DNA of 64,000 nt from Escherichia phage GADS24. Below are positions 16,394-27,604 of this stretch, one piece after another; the stretch's first letter is position 1, and the number at the start of each line of letters is the position of its first letter. Position numbers and translations under genes: made by a program. The stretch lies in the sequence record OQ703618.1; one strand, given 5' to 3'. The notes below the pieces were generated by a model. That model did no database searches, was not told where the DNA came from, and worked only from the letters and a program-made list of their open reading frames with translations.

Positions 16394-17215
16394 TTAAGAT
16401 TTCCAAACAGTATTCGCAGAGAAACGTTTTCCTTTTGACATAAACTGCTGAGTAGGTAACATGATTATGTTAGCCCAGTCTTTAGGAGCTATTTCTGTTA
16501 TTGTTCCTCTAATGTGGCCTGGCAGGTATGCTTTAATCATTTTGTCGGCACCTTGAAATCCTTTCACCTTGCTCCAGTCTATCTTCAACTTTGTGTTATT
16601 AGTAATAGTAGTTGTGCTAGCATATTGCTTCAGCAATTCTTCAAGAAACTGTTGACGTGCTTTAGGTGGGATATAGTGCAAGTTTAACCCATACATCAAA
16701 TTATGTTTACCTAATCCTAAATAAATAATCAAAGGATATCGGTCCCAATACGGCAGAGTATCTTTATGTTTAGCATCATACACGTAAGTATAAATTTTGC
16801 CTGGCGTAGGCTTGACTACTTTATGACCTTTTACACTTTTCTTAATTGTTTCAACAAACCACTTAGATGATTTGTTGTTTACTGCTGCGCCTTCATTTCT
16901 AATCTTTTCTCGTATTGAACTGCGAAACGAGTTTATCATCAGAAGTTGACGTTCTTGCTTATTGAGTTTATTTTTAGGTTTAGATTCAAGCGTTTCAATT
17001 TTCTGTGCAGTCTTAATAGATGATGCATATCTAGACATTGCAGATGTAAACGACGAGTATTTTATTCCTTTTGATTCTGCAAATGCTTTTGCAGTGATTC
17101 CTTTCTCTTTAGCTTTCTTGTATTCTAATCCTATCTCAATCCATTTTCTTTCATTCATAGACTGAGCAATCTTAGGGGCTTGTACGCCTTCAGATATAAT
17201 TTGGAATATGCTCAT
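16394..17215 (-). CDS. 2: DNA end-protector protein (gp2-like)
   Basis: 273 aa (T4 gp2 about 274 aa); basic; positional. Confidence 0.7.
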   Translation of the reverse strand: MSIFQIISEGVQAPKIAQSMNERKWIEIGLEYKKAKEKGITAKAFAESKGIKYSSFTSAMSRYASSIKTAQKIETLESKPKNKLNKQERQLLMINSFRSSIREKIRNEGAAVNNKSSKWFVETIKKSVKGHKVVKPTPGKIYTYVYDAKHKDTLPYWDRYPLIIYLGLGKHNLMYGLNLHYIPPKARQQFLEELLKQYASTTTITNNTKLKIDWSKVKGFQGADKMIKAYLPGHIRGTITEIAPKDWANIIMLPTQQFMSKGKRFSANTVWKS

Positions 17216-17862
17216 TCAACTTTCCTCATTTTACAATTATCACCATGCCAACGTTTATAAGGCGCAGGTTTACATTCTATACCGCAGTATTGGCATATCT
17301 TATTAGGAGTATTTAAGTATCCTAATCTCATGTTTTCCTTTTCTTCAGGAGTTCTATTTCGTCCTGTAAGAGTATTTTTTATTTTGTCTCTAATCTCTTT
17401 AGGCATTATCCTGCCTCGGCCTGCTTTACCTATTTTAGCTTTATGCTCTTCGGATAATTTCTTACCCTTCTTAGCTAAACTCATTTTCTTTTTAGATTCT
17501 TCGGAAATAGGACCTAATTTTCTACCTCTGGATGAATCGCCTATTCTTTTTCGCACATCAATAGAACGGCCTCGTCCTCCCTTTCCTCCTAGGTCTATAT
17601 TATATGTATCTTCTCTATCCACAAAAGATTGATCAACTAATTCCGCTTCCTTTTGGAAAGCCATTTCTTCATTTAGTAATTCGTCACCGGTATCATACAC
17701 ATATAATACTTCTTTTACAAAATTATCTAATCCGTATTTAGCATGGGCTTTTAAGATAATTTTACCTGTTCCTTTATAAGAATCATCCGGATTATTAGTT
17801 TTATGAACACCTATATAAATTTTATTATTTACGATGTTAGTTATTTTATATACAGTATACAT
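17212..17862 (-). mobile_element. free-standing GIY-YIG homing endonuclease (Seg/I-TevI-like) inserted between genes 2 and 4
   Basis: N-terminus VYKITNIVNNKIYIGVHKT (GIY...YIG); Lys/Arg-rich NUMOD-like repeats; C-terminal Cys/His cluster; T4 has no gene here. Confidence 0.8.
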
Positions 17863-17863
17863 A

Positions 17864-18313
17864 TCATCCCTTATATCCTAAACGACGTAAACCGTCTTCT
17901 GTGAGAATTCTGAATTTAATATTTCTTTTAGCCGCTAATGCTGACGCCGCTTTCCATTTATCACAGTTCACAGACCACACGTAGATCTCGTTCATATAAC
18001 GTTTCTTTGCTGCGGTAGTAAGATTTGCAGGCTTAATAGGTGGTTGAGTTTCTTTCTTTGGTTTTATTTCTACAAAGAACTCTTGACCTGATGCATCTTT
18101 CATCCATATATCCATAAAGTATCGACGTTTTTTACCTTCAGCATTACAAAAATATGGAATTACTGCTGTTTCACTACCCCATGCAATAATTTCTGGATTT
18201 TTATCCAACCATTCGAAAAAGAATTTTTCCCAGTTTGAACGATACGTTATTTTGGTATGGTCTCCACGGTATTTTTTTAAATTTTTTGGGACCCATTTAC
18301 CAGAGTAGGCCAT
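17864..18313 (-). CDS. 4: head completion protein
   Basis: MAYSGKWVPKNLKKYRGD...ILTEDGLRRLGYKG matches T4 gp4; start moved to ATG 18311-18313 with AAGGAGGA SD. Confidence 0.85.
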   Translation of the reverse strand: MAYSGKWVPKNLKKYRGDHTKITYRSNWEKFFFEWLDKNPEIIAWGSETAVIPYFCNAEGKKRRYFMDIWMKDASGQEFFVEIKPKKETQPPIKPANLTTAAKKRYMNEIYVWSVNCDKWKAASALAAKRNIKFRILTEDGLRRLGYKG

Positions 18314-18324
18314 GTTGTCCTCCT

Positions 18325-18347
18325 TATAAATAGTATTATTATTTATA
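18325..18347. promoter_or_regulatory. divergent late promoters: TATAAATA plus strand 18325-18332 (gene 53), minus strand 18340-18347 (gene 4)
   Basis: Exact TATAAATA on each strand, each 25-45 nt upstream of its start codon. Confidence 0.55.
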
Positions 18348-18374
18348 CCAATTTCATATTGGAAGGAGACTATC

Positions 18375-18950
18375 TTGTTATTTACATTCTTCGACCCAAT
18401 AGGATATAGTGCTAAAACAGTTGATAAGAATGCACCTACTATTCCTATGACAGACATATTTCGTAACTATAAAGAGTACTTTAAGCGTGTGGCTGCCAAT
18501 TATAGATTACGTTCTTATTATATTAAAGGCTCTCCGCGTCCTGAAGAACTAGCAAACATAATTTATGGCAACCCTCAATTATACTGGGTCCTTTTGATGT
18601 GTAATGACAACTATGATCCGTATTATGGTTGGATTACATCTCAGGAAGCAGCGTATCAAGCTTCTATTCAGAAATATGCTAATGCCGGCGGCGACCAAGT
18701 TCTTTATCATATCAATGAAAATCGTGAGAAATTTTACAATTTGGTTTCATATCCGGACGAGCCTTTAGTGTGGTATGATAAAGGTGATGAAGCTCGTAAG
18801 TATCCGCAATATAAAGGACCTTTAGCTGCAGTAGATACTTATGAAGCGGCAGTATTAGATAATGAAAAACTTCGTAAAATAAAAATTGTTGCAAAAGAAG
18901 ATATAAACTCGTTTATCACAGATTTGATTCGTGAGATGGAGATTGCATAA
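18375..18950 (+). CDS. 53: baseplate wedge protein gp53
   Basis: MLFTFFDPIGY...WITSQEAAYQASIQKY matches T4 gp53; apparent TTG start 6 nt after GGAAGGAGA. Confidence 0.85.
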   Translation: MLFTFFDPIGYSAKTVDKNAPTIPMTDIFRNYKEYFKRVAANYRLRSYYIKGSPRPEELANIIYGNPQLYWVLLMCNDNYDPYYGWITSQEAAYQASIQKYANAGGDQVLYHINENREKFYNLVSYPDEPLVWYDKGDEARKYPQYKGPLAAVDTYEAAVLDNEKLRKIKIVAKEDINSFITDLIREMEIA

Positions 18951-20683
18951 TGGAAATGATTAGCAGTAGCCTTAATTGGTTCGTGGGTGTTGTCGAGGAC
19001 AGAATGGACCCATTAAAACAAGGGCGAGTTCGAGTTCGAGTCGTTGGTCTTCATCCGGCACAGAGAGCACAAGGTGATGTACAAGGTATTCCTACAGAAA
19101 AACTTCCATGGATGACTGTTATTCAACCTATTACGTCTGCATCAATGTCAGGTATTGGTGGTTCTGTTACAGGTCCTGTTGAAGGAACTCGAGTATATGG
19201 TCATTTCTTAGACAAATGGAAAACAAACGGGATTGTACTTGGCACATATGGCGGAATTGTACGTGAAAAGCCTAATAAACTTGAAGGTTTTTCAGACCCG
19301 ACAGGTCAGTATCCGCGTCGTTTAGGTAATGATACGAACGTGTTAAACCAAGGTGGTGAAGCTGGTTATTATTCGAACTCTAACGTAATTCAAGATAACA
19401 ACTTGGATTATGGTATAAACCCAGACGATACAGATTTAGCAAATATTCCAGAAGATGATGACCCTAATTTTACAATAACAGAAATGTTACGTCGTGACGA
19501 AGGTCTTCGTGATAAAGTGTATTGGGACCATCTCGGGTATCCTACAGTAGGTATTGGACACCTTATCGTAATGGAAAAGACCCGAGATATGTCTCGAATT
19601 AATAAATTGTTATCTGATCAAGTAGGGCGTGAAGTAACAGGAAATCCGGGAACTATTACATTAGAAGAAGCAACAGCGTTATTTGAGAAGGACCTTGCTA
19701 AGATGCAGAAAGACATTCGTTCTAATTCTAAAGTAGGTCCTGTTTATGCTAAAATGAACAGATCTCGCCAAATGGCATTAGAAAACATGTGCTTCCAAAT
19801 GGGCGTTGGTGGTGTAGCAAAATTCAATACTATGCTTAAAGCAATGGCCGATGGTGATTGGAAAACCGCATACAAATCCGGACGCGATTCATTATGGTTC
19901 CAACAGACTAAAGGACGCGCTTCACGTGTAACAACAATTATTTTAACCGGTAACATGGAATCATACGGTGTTCCTGTTAAAACACCGCCTTCACCAGGAG
20001 TTGGTGCCGATTTAGTTACTAGAAATACCGATCCAGAAGACCCGGCTGGTCCTCCTGTTCCGTTAGATTCACGTATCCTTTTTAAAGAACCGGAATCAAG
20101 TTATCGTGGTGAGTATCCATACGTTCATGCTATGGAAACAGAAAGTGGCCATATCCAAGAATTTGACGATACTCCAGGTAATGAACGTTACCGCTTAGTT
20201 CATCCAACAGGGTCATATGAGGAAGTTTCTCCGTCTGGGCGTCGTACTCGTAAAACTGTAGAAGACCTTTTTGACATCACTAATGGCGATGGGAACTTCT
20301 TGATTTCTGGTGATAAACTTGTTAACGTTGGTGCTAATGAAATATATTATAACATGGCAGACCGCCTCCATCAAATAGACGGCAATGACACAATCTTTAT
20401 TCGTGGTAATCAAACTAAAACTGTTGAAGGCGATGGAACTCTTTACGTTAAGGGCAATATCAAAATAGTTGTTGACGGAAATGCAGATATTCTTGTTAAA
20501 GGTGATGCTAAAACTCAGGTCGAAGGGAATCATGATTACACCGTCAACGGAAACGTTAAATGGACTGTTAATGGTAATGTTGATATGACTGTTGCCGGGG
20601 ATTGGGCAGAAACAATGTCTACAATGAGCTCAGTAGCTTCAGGACAATACACTGTTGACGGATCTCGTATTGATATTGGGTAA
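18950..20683 (+). CDS. 5: baseplate hub / tail lysozyme and cell-puncturing device gp5
   Basis: MEMISSSLNWFVGVVEDRMDPLKQGRVRVRVVG..., central lysozyme domain, C-terminal VxGxxxxx beta-helix repeats. Confidence 0.95.
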   Translation: MEMISSSLNWFVGVVEDRMDPLKQGRVRVRVVGLHPAQRAQGDVQGIPTEKLPWMTVIQPITSASMSGIGGSVTGPVEGTRVYGHFLDKWKTNGIVLGTYGGIVREKPNKLEGFSDPTGQYPRRLGNDTNVLNQGGEAGYYSNSNVIQDNNLDYGINPDDTDLANIPEDDDPNFTITEMLRRDEGLRDKVYWDHLGYPTVGIGHLIVMEKTRDMSRINKLLSDQVGREVTGNPGTITLEEATALFEKDLAKMQKDIRSNSKVGPVYAKMNRSRQMALENMCFQMGVGGVAKFNTMLKAMADGDWKTAYKSGRDSLWFQQTKGRASRVTTIILTGNMESYGVPVKTPPSPGVGADLVTRNTDPEDPAGPPVPLDSRILFKEPESSYRGEYPYVHAMETESGHIQEFDDTPGNERYRLVHPTGSYEEVSPSGRRTRKTVEDLFDITNGDGNFLISGDKLVNVGANEIYYNMADRLHQIDGNDTIFIRGNQTKTVEGDGTLYVKGNIKIVVDGNADILVKGDAKTQVEGNHDYTVNGNVKWTVNGNVDMTVAGDWAETMSTMSSVASGQYTVDGSRIDIG

Positions 20684-20686
20684 TAT

Positions 20687-21202
20687 ATGGCACAAATACT
20701 TCCTTTAAATACCGACTTAGGAGAAGACATGGAAGGGGCGTCTATTGACGTCCTTTTTACTCCACAGTTAGAAACAACCGAAACTTTAGTGTCAATAAAT
20801 ATAACAGATTATGAACCGACACAAGGCATTACGGTAGATGGTAATCGTTTACATGGAACATATGAAAGTGTGTTTAGCTTTTCTTCGGATGCATTGAAAT
20901 ACCGATTAAATGATGATTTTGAAACCTCATCTTCATGGGATGATTTACCAAAAGATGAATCCACACAGTTATATTTGTGGAGAGCTCCTCAGAATCTTCG
21001 TAAAGTGTTTAGTTATACGGTTGAAATGATTTATAACCACCAAGAAGAAAGTTCATCAGGCGGTTCTGGAAGTGATTCTGGTACAGAACCTCCACCGGCT
21101 CCAGTACAAAAAACTCTTACTAAGGTTTATACAAAAACTATAGTAGGAAATTGGAGCAAATGGGCTCATCAATTACGAAACTATGTTTATGCGAGGCCGT
21201 GA
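20687..21202 (+). CDS. 5.1: gp5.1-like protein
   Basis: 171 aa between 5 and 5.4; positional. Confidence 0.65.
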   Translation: MAQILPLNTDLGEDMEGASIDVLFTPQLETTETLVSINITDYEPTQGITVDGNRLHGTYESVFSFSSDALKYRLNDDFETSSSWDDLPKDESTQLYLWRAPQNLRKVFSYTVEMIYNHQEESSSGGSGSDSGTEPPPAPVQKTLTKVYTKTIVGNWSKWAHQLRNYVYARP

Positions 21203-21204
21203 AA

Positions 21205-21498
21205 ATGTCTGGCTTAAGTTACGACAAGTGCGTTACAACAGGTCATGAAGCATGGCCTCCTACTGTAATAAATGCTTCCCAATCTAAAGTGTTCACCGGC
21301 GGTATTCCTGTTCTTGTGGCAGGAGACCAAATAACACCTCATACAGAAATTAAAAAACCATACGAGACTCATGGAGGTGTTACTGAACCTCGTACATCTA
21401 AAGTATACGTCACCGGTAAAAAGGCCGTTCAAATGGCTGACCCAATTTCATGCGGGGATACTGTTTCTCAGGCCTCGTCAAAAGTCTTTATAAAATAG
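21205..21498 (+). CDS. 5.4: PAAR-repeat spike-tip protein gp5.4
   Basis: 97 aa from MSGLSYDKC with GAGG SD; size and position as T4 gp5.4. Confidence 0.75.
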   Translation: MSGLSYDKCVTTGHEAWPPTVINASQSKVFTGGIPVLVAGDQITPHTEIKKPYETHGGVTEPRTSKVYVTGKKAVQMADPISCGDTVSQASSKVFIK

Positions 21499-21506
21499 GA
21501 ATTAAA

Positions 21507-23480
21507 ATGGCAAACACTCCTGTAAATTATCAATTAACCCGAACAGCGAATGCTATTCCCGAGATTTTTATCGGGGGCACATTTGCCGAAATCAAACAGA
21601 ACATTATCGAATGGCTCAACGGACAGAATGAATTTCTTGATTATGATTTTGAAGGTTCGCGTTTAAACGTATTGTGTGACCTTTTAGCATATAACACTCT
21701 TTACATCCAACAGTTCAGTAATAGTGCAGTGTATGAAAGTTTTATGCGTACTGCAAACTTGCGTAGTTCTGTCGTACAAGCGGCTCAAGATAACGGATAT
21801 CTGCCTTCATCTAAATCAGCAGCACAAACAGAAATTATGCTCACATGTACGGATGCATTAAATAGAAACTATATCACCATTCCACGTGGCACTCGTTTCT
21901 TAGCATACGCTAAAGATACTTCTGTTAACCCGTATAACTTTGTTTCTACTGAAGATGTCATTGTAGTTAAAGACAAAAATAACCAATATTTTCCACGTCT
22001 TCGATTAGCTCAAGGACGTATTGTTCGAACTGAATTAACATTTGATAGATTAAAACCTATCATTATTCGTGATAAGAATATTGACCGTAATTTGGTTAAG
22101 TTGTATGTTGACGGAGCAGAATGGATTAACTGGACTCGTAAGTCGATGGTTCACGCTGGTTCTACGTCAACAATCTATTATATGCGTGAAACAGTTGATG
22201 GGAACACCGAATTTTATTTTGGTGAAGGCGAAATCTCTATTAACACATCAGAAGGTGCGTTAACATCTAACTATATTGGCGGCCTTAAACCTGTTCAGGG
22301 TTCTAAAATCGTAATTGAGTATATTTCTACTAACGGCGCAGATGCTAACGGTGCTGTGGGATTTTCTTATGCTGACACATTAGCTAATATAACGGTAATC
22401 GATATTAACGAGAACCCTAGCAATAACCCAGACTTTGTTGGGGCTGATGGCGGCGGCGACCCTGAAGATATTGAACGTATCCGCGAATTAGGCACAATTA
22501 AACGCGAAACTCAACAACGTTGTGTAACCGCTTCCGACTATGACACATTCGTCTCTGAACGGTTTGGTTCTATTATTCAAGCGGTTCAAACATTCACAGA
22601 TTCATCTAAACCCGGGTACGCATATATTGCTGCTAAGCCTAAATCTGGATTGTATTTGACTTCTGTTCAACGTGATGATATCAAAAACTATTTGAATGAT
22701 TATAACTTAGGGACTATTACACCTGTTGTTATTTCGCCTGATTATTTGTTTATCAAAATGAATATCAAAGTTACATACGCGTTGAATAAACTCCAAGAAT
22801 CAGAACAATATCTTGAAGGGCAAATTATTAATAAAATTGACCGATACTATATTGAAGATGTAGAAATTTTTAACTCATCGTTTGCAAAATCTAAAATGCT
22901 AACTTATGTTGATGATGCAGATATTTCTATTATTGGTTCTTCAGCTACTATTCAAATGGTTCGCGAAGTACAAAACTTCTATAAAACGCCTGAGGCCGGT
23001 ATTAAATACAATAATCAGATTAAAGATAGATCGATGGAATCTAATATATTCTCGTTTGATTCGCACAGACCTAATCCAGAAAATGCAAACGAAACTATTA
23101 AATACGGTGTTCGCATAGTATCTTCTGACCGTAATGACCGTGGCATAGGTCAAGTTATTATTGGTCCATTTGCGGACGGTGATGTTGTTGAAAACGAAAA
23201 TATACAACCTTATACAGGTAATGATTTTAATAAACTTACTGTTACTGACGGACGAAACAAATACTATTCAATTGGTGAAGTGAATTATCCTGCCGATTCG
23301 ATTTATTGGAACATTGCTAAAATTGACCTCACTTCAGATCGTTTTGAAGTTCAAACAATTGAACTTTATTCCGACCCTGCAGATGATATTATTTTTACAA
23401 AGGATGGTTCTTTAATCGTATTCGAAAATGACTTACGTCCTCAGTACTTAACTATAGATTTGGAGCCTATTTCACAATGA
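21507..23480 (+). CDS. 6: baseplate wedge protein gp6
   Basis: MANTPVNYQLTRTANAIPEIF... as T4 gp6. Confidence 0.9.
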   Translation: MANTPVNYQLTRTANAIPEIFIGGTFAEIKQNIIEWLNGQNEFLDYDFEGSRLNVLCDLLAYNTLYIQQFSNSAVYESFMRTANLRSSVVQAAQDNGYLPSSKSAAQTEIMLTCTDALNRNYITIPRGTRFLAYAKDTSVNPYNFVSTEDVIVVKDKNNQYFPRLRLAQGRIVRTELTFDRLKPIIIRDKNIDRNLVKLYVDGAEWINWTRKSMVHAGSTSTIYYMRETVDGNTEFYFGEGEISINTSEGALTSNYIGGLKPVQGSKIVIEYISTNGADANGAVGFSYADTLANITVIDINENPSNNPDFVGADGGGDPEDIERIRELGTIKRETQQRCVTASDYDTFVSERFGSIIQAVQTFTDSSKPGYAYIAAKPKSGLYLTSVQRDDIKNYLNDYNLGTITPVVISPDYLFIKMNIKVTYALNKLQESEQYLEGQIINKIDRYYIEDVEIFNSSFAKSKMLTYVDDADISIIGSSATIQMVREVQNFYKTPEAGIKYNNQIKDRSMESNIFSFDSHRPNPENANETIKYGVRIVSSDRNDRGIGQVIIGPFADGDVVENENIQPYTGNDFNKLTVTDGRNKYYSIGEVNYPADSIYWNIAKIDLTSDRFEVQTIELYSDPADDIIFTKDGSLIVFENDLRPQYLTIDLEPISQ

Positions 23481-26400
23481 CAGTAAAAGCGCCAGCAGTC
23501 ACAAGTCTCAGAATATCCAAGTTGTCCGCTAACCAAGTTCAAATACGCTGGGATGACGTTGGTGCTAATTTCTACTATTTTGTAGAAATCGCTGAGACTA
23601 AAACGGCAGACGGGGAAATAATTCCCCCTGCCAGCTACAGATGGATAAATTTAGGATATACTCCTAATAGCAACTGGTTCGAAAATAGCTTAGACCCATT
23701 AACTTCTTATATTATTCGTGTATCAACTGCCGCCGAAGGCTTCGAGAGGTCTGATTGGGTATATACCGAAATATTTGAATCATTTCAGACTAACGCGTAT
23801 ACATTTCAACATATGATTGAAATGCAATTGGCTAACACTTTTATTAGAGAAAAATTTACAAATAACAACATGGCTTATGTCGATTTTAATAACGACACTA
23901 TAATGGCAGCTCTAATGAATGAATCGTTCCAATTTAGCCCTGCTTATGCGGATATTTCATCTATTAAAAATTTCATTATTGGCGAAAATGAGTATCATGA
24001 AATTCAAGGTTCGATTCAACAGGTGTGTCATGATATAAACCGTGTTTATTTGATGGAATCTGAAGGAATTCTTTATTTGTTTGAACGGTATCAGCCTGTG
24101 GTTAAAGTCTCTAATGATAAGGGACAAACCTGGAAATCGGTTAAATTGTTTAATGACCGTGTAGGGTACCCTGTATCAAGAACAGTGTATTACCAGACAG
24201 ATTACACCACGTATGTTCTTGGGTATGATAAATTATTTTACGGCCGTAAATCAACAGACATTCGTTGGTCTGCTGATGATGTGAGATTTAGTTCTCAAGA
24301 TATAACATTTGCTAAAATTGGCGACCAGTTAAATTTAGGATTTGATGTAGAAATATTTGGTAACTACGCATCATTACCTGCTAACGTATCACGTATTGCA
24401 GAAGCTATCGTTTGCAATGACGATTATGTATACGTTGCTGCTCGAGATAAAGTTCGTTTTATTAAAACTAGTAATGCCCCTATTGATTCAGACCCGTTAT
24501 CTCCGACGTATTCCGAACGTTTGTTTGAACAAGAAACATTTAACATCACAGGTAACCCTAAGGCAGTTTGCTATAAAATGGATTCTGTCGGTGGTAAAAT
24601 ATTTGCACTGATTATCGGTGAAGTTGTTAATCTTAATGACGACCCGAGGACCACTCCTATTGTTGATTCTGCTGATAAGGGTATTTACGTTCTAGACCAT
24701 GATGCTGGCACATTTAAACGTGTGTTTGGTAATACTGAAGAAGAACGCCGTCGTATTGAACCTGGGTACACCAGTATGTCTACTGATGGTGTTGAGTTAT
24801 CTATTTCATCTAGTAATTTTAAATTTTTAGAATCAGACATTGTTGATGACCCAAAAACACAAGTCAAGTACGGTTTAATCGGTGCTGTTAAATACGAGTA
24901 TCCTCGCGAATGGTTGGCCGATAAACATTATCATATGATGTCATTTATTTCAACTGAAGACTCTCAATGGGAATCGTTCACTCCTCAACCGATGGAATAC
25001 TATGCTGAGCCATTCTTTAGTTATTCTAGAAAGTCTGGTACTCGATGCTGGATTAATAACTCAGACAAGGCCGTTGTAATTTATTCTGATTTACTTTACA
25101 CTAAGGTTATTGAGAATCATCCACTTAGTTCTTCAGACCGTGAAGTTCATGAATATTGGAAGGACGGTGACTGTACAATAGTGATGCCTAACGTGGATTT
25201 CACCGGATTTAAAAAATATGCATCTGGCATGATTTTCTATAAAGCATCAGGTGAGATTATTTCTTATTATGATTTTAGTTACCGTGTTAGAGATAATGTT
25301 TCTATAATTTGGAAGCCTACTAATATATTCTTAACAGCATCGTTACAAAACCAAGAAAAAGATACCACATGGACTCCTGTGGAAGAGAATGGTATTGCGG
25401 ACCCAGATTTACGTCCATTGCTCACTACAATGATGCCAGAGTCTTATCTTTTAGATAATACAAACTTCGAAGCATTCTGTGAGGCTTATATCCAGTATCT
25501 TTCTGACGGCTATGGGACCCATTATAACAACCTTTTAAATCTTATTAAAAATCAATATCCGCGCGAAGAACATGCGTGGGAATATTTATGGTCTGAGATT
25601 TATAAACGAAACATTTACTTAAACGCAGAAAAACGCGATTTAGTGTCTCGTTTCTTTGAATCAAGAAGTTATGACTTCTATTCAACTAAAGGAACTGAAG
25701 CATCATATAAATTCTTGTTTAAAGTGCTTTATAACGAAGATGTTGAAATTGAAATTGAATCTAGTTCCGGGACCGAATATGATATCGTCATTGAATCTGA
25801 TTCGTTGACAGAAGATTTGGTCGGACAAACCATATACACCGCTACAGGACGTTGTAATGTGACGTATATCGAGAGAAGTTACTCTAAAGGTAAATTACAA
25901 TGGACTGTAACAATTCACAACCTCTTAGGTCGTTTAATCCAAGGACAGGAAGTTAAAGCTGAAAGACTCCCTGGTTTTGAAGGTGAAATTGTTCGCGGTA
26001 TTAAAGGTAAAGAGCTTTCTCAGAACAACATCGATTACATAAATCGTGGTAGAGCATACTACGTAATGAAGATTAAATCTAAACTTCCATCATCTCGTTG
26101 GAAATCAGACGTATTACGTTTTGTTCATCCGGTTGGATTTGGATTTATCGCAATTACCCTTCTCACAATGTTTATTAACACCGGATTAACACTTAAACAT
26201 GTTGAAACCATTATTAATAAATACAAAAACTATAAGTGGGATTCTGGATTACCAACTAAATATGCAGACCGAGTGGCTAAATTAGACCCACAAGGAAATG
26301 TTGAGTTTGACCCTATTACAGGTAAAGCTATATATGAAATAGGCCCTATGGCTGGTCAAGATTATCCATTGCCTGAAGATTATAACTCTGAAAACAATAA

Positions 26401-26575
26401 CTCCATATTTCAAGGTCAACTTCCATCGGAACGACGTAAACTGATGAGCCCATTATTTGATGCGTCCGGAACAACATTCTCTAGATTTAGAGATTTGGTT
26501 GAACAACGGTTAATCGATAATGTAGGAAATCCAAGAGACCCCGTGAATCCACCACAGGTTAAATTAGATGAATGA
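23477..26575 (+). CDS. 7: baseplate wedge initiator gp7
   Basis: 1032 aa, same length and position as T4 gp7. Confidence 0.9.
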   Translation: MTVKAPAVTSLRISKLSANQVQIRWDDVGANFYYFVEIAETKTADGEIIPPASYRWINLGYTPNSNWFENSLDPLTSYIIRVSTAAEGFERSDWVYTEIFESFQTNAYTFQHMIEMQLANTFIREKFTNNNMAYVDFNNDTIMAALMNESFQFSPAYADISSIKNFIIGENEYHEIQGSIQQVCHDINRVYLMESEGILYLFERYQPVVKVSNDKGQTWKSVKLFNDRVGYPVSRTVYYQTDYTTYVLGYDKLFYGRKSTDIRWSADDVRFSSQDITFAKIGDQLNLGFDVEIFGNYASLPANVSRIAEAIVCNDDYVYVAARDKVRFIKTSNAPIDSDPLSPTYSERLFEQETFNITGNPKAVCYKMDSVGGKIFALIIGEVVNLNDDPRTTPIVDSADKGIYVLDHDAGTFKRVFGNTEEERRRIEPGYTSMSTDGVELSISSSNFKFLESDIVDDPKTQVKYGLIGAVKYEYPREWLADKHYHMMSFISTEDSQWESFTPQPMEYYAEPFFSYSRKSGTRCWINNSDKAVVIYSDLLYTKVIENHPLSSSDREVHEYWKDGDCTIVMPNVDFTGFKKYASGMIFYKASGEIISYYDFSYRVRDNVSIIWKPTNIFLTASLQNQEKDTTWTPVEENGIADPDLRPLLTTMMPESYLLDNTNFEAFCEAYIQYLSDGYGTHYNNLLNLIKNQYPREEHAWEYLWSEIYKRNIYLNAEKRDLVSRFFESRSYDFYSTKGTEASYKFLFKVLYNEDVEIEIESSSGTEYDIVIESDSLTEDLVGQTIYTATGRCNVTYIERSYSKGKLQWTVTIHNLLGRLIQGQEVKAERLPGFEGEIVRGIKGKELSQNNIDYINRGRAYYVMKIKSKLPSSRWKSDVLRFVHPVGFGFIAITLLTMFINTGLTLKHVETIINKYKNYKWDSGLPTKYADRVAKLDPQGNVEFDPITGKAIYEIGPMAGQDYPLPEDYNSENNNSIFQGQLPSERRKLMSPLFDASGTTFSRFRDLVEQRLIDNVGNPRDPVNPPQVKLDE

Positions 26576-27572
26576 TTCAAGTGTTATCTATCGTGCAATA
26601 GTTACATCAAAATTTAGAACAGAGAAAATGCTGAATTTTTATAATTCAGTTGGGGATGGAGATGATAAAAACTCCATTTATATTACGTTTGGACGTTCAG
26701 AGCCTTGGGCGTCAAATGAAAATGAGGTGGGCTTCGCCCCACCTTATCCTACAGATTCTGTTCTTGGTGTTACTGATATGTGGACCCATATGATGGGTAC
26801 AGTTAAAGTTTTACCTTCAATGTTAGATTCTGTTATTCCTAGACGTGATTGGGGAGATGTGCGATATCCAGACCCTTACACGTTTAGAATTAACGATATA
26901 GTCGCATGTAATACTGCTCCTTACAACGCGACAGAAGTTGGAGCTGGTTGGTTAATTTACCGTTGTTTAGATGTCCCTGACGTAGGGCTCTGTTCAATAG
27001 AATCTTTAGATAATAAAGATGAATGTCTTAAATTAGGCGGTAAATGGACTCCGTCTGTTCGTTCTATGTCTCCTCCTGAAGGCAGAGGCGATGCTAATGG
27101 GGTTATCGAAACCGGTGATGGATATATTTGGGAATATCTTTATGAGATTCCTGCCGATGTGTCAATTAACCGTTGCACTAATGAATATCTTGTAGTTCCA
27201 TGGCCGGAAGAAATTAAAGAAGACCCCACCCGTTGGGGATATGAAAATAACTTAACTTGGCAACAAGACGACTACGGCTTGATTTACCGTGTTAAAGCCA
27301 ATACGATGCGGTTTAAAGCATATTTTGATTCTGTTTATTTCCCTGAGGCAGCTTTGCCTGGTAACAAGGGTTTTAGACAGATATCAATTATCGCAAACCC
27401 GCTAGAAGCTAAGAAAAATCCAAATGACCCTAATGTTAAAGCAGAAAAGGATTATTACGACCCTAGAGACCTGCAGCGTCATTCTGGTGAAATGATTTAT
27501 ATGGAAAACCGACCACCTGTTATTATGGCAATGGACCAAACAGAAGAAATTAACATTTTGTTTATGTTTTAA
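26568..27572 (+). CDS. 8: baseplate wedge protein gp8
   Basis: 334 aa as T4 gp8. Confidence 0.9.
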   Translation: MNDSSVIYRAIVTSKFRTEKMLNFYNSVGDGDDKNSIYITFGRSEPWASNENEVGFAPPYPTDSVLGVTDMWTHMMGTVKVLPSMLDSVIPRRDWGDVRYPDPYTFRINDIVACNTAPYNATEVGAGWLIYRCLDVPDVGLCSIESLDNKDECLKLGGKWTPSVRSMSPPEGRGDANGVIETGDGYIWEYLYEIPADVSINRCTNEYLVVPWPEEIKEDPTRWGYENNLTWQQDDYGLIYRVKANTMRFKAYFDSVYFPEAALPGNKGFRQISIIANPLEAKKNPNDPNVKAEKDYYDPRDLQRHSGEMIYMENRPPVIMAMDQTEEINILFMF

Positions 27573-27575
27573 TTA

Positions 27576-27600
27576 GGGAGCCTTCGGGCTCCCATTTTTG
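27576..27600 (+). terminator. rho-independent terminator (GGGAGCC-TTCG-GGCTCCC + ATTTTTG)
   Basis: 7-bp GC stem with UUCG tetraloop then T5, just after gene 8. Confidence 0.7.
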
Positions 27601-27604
27601 TATC

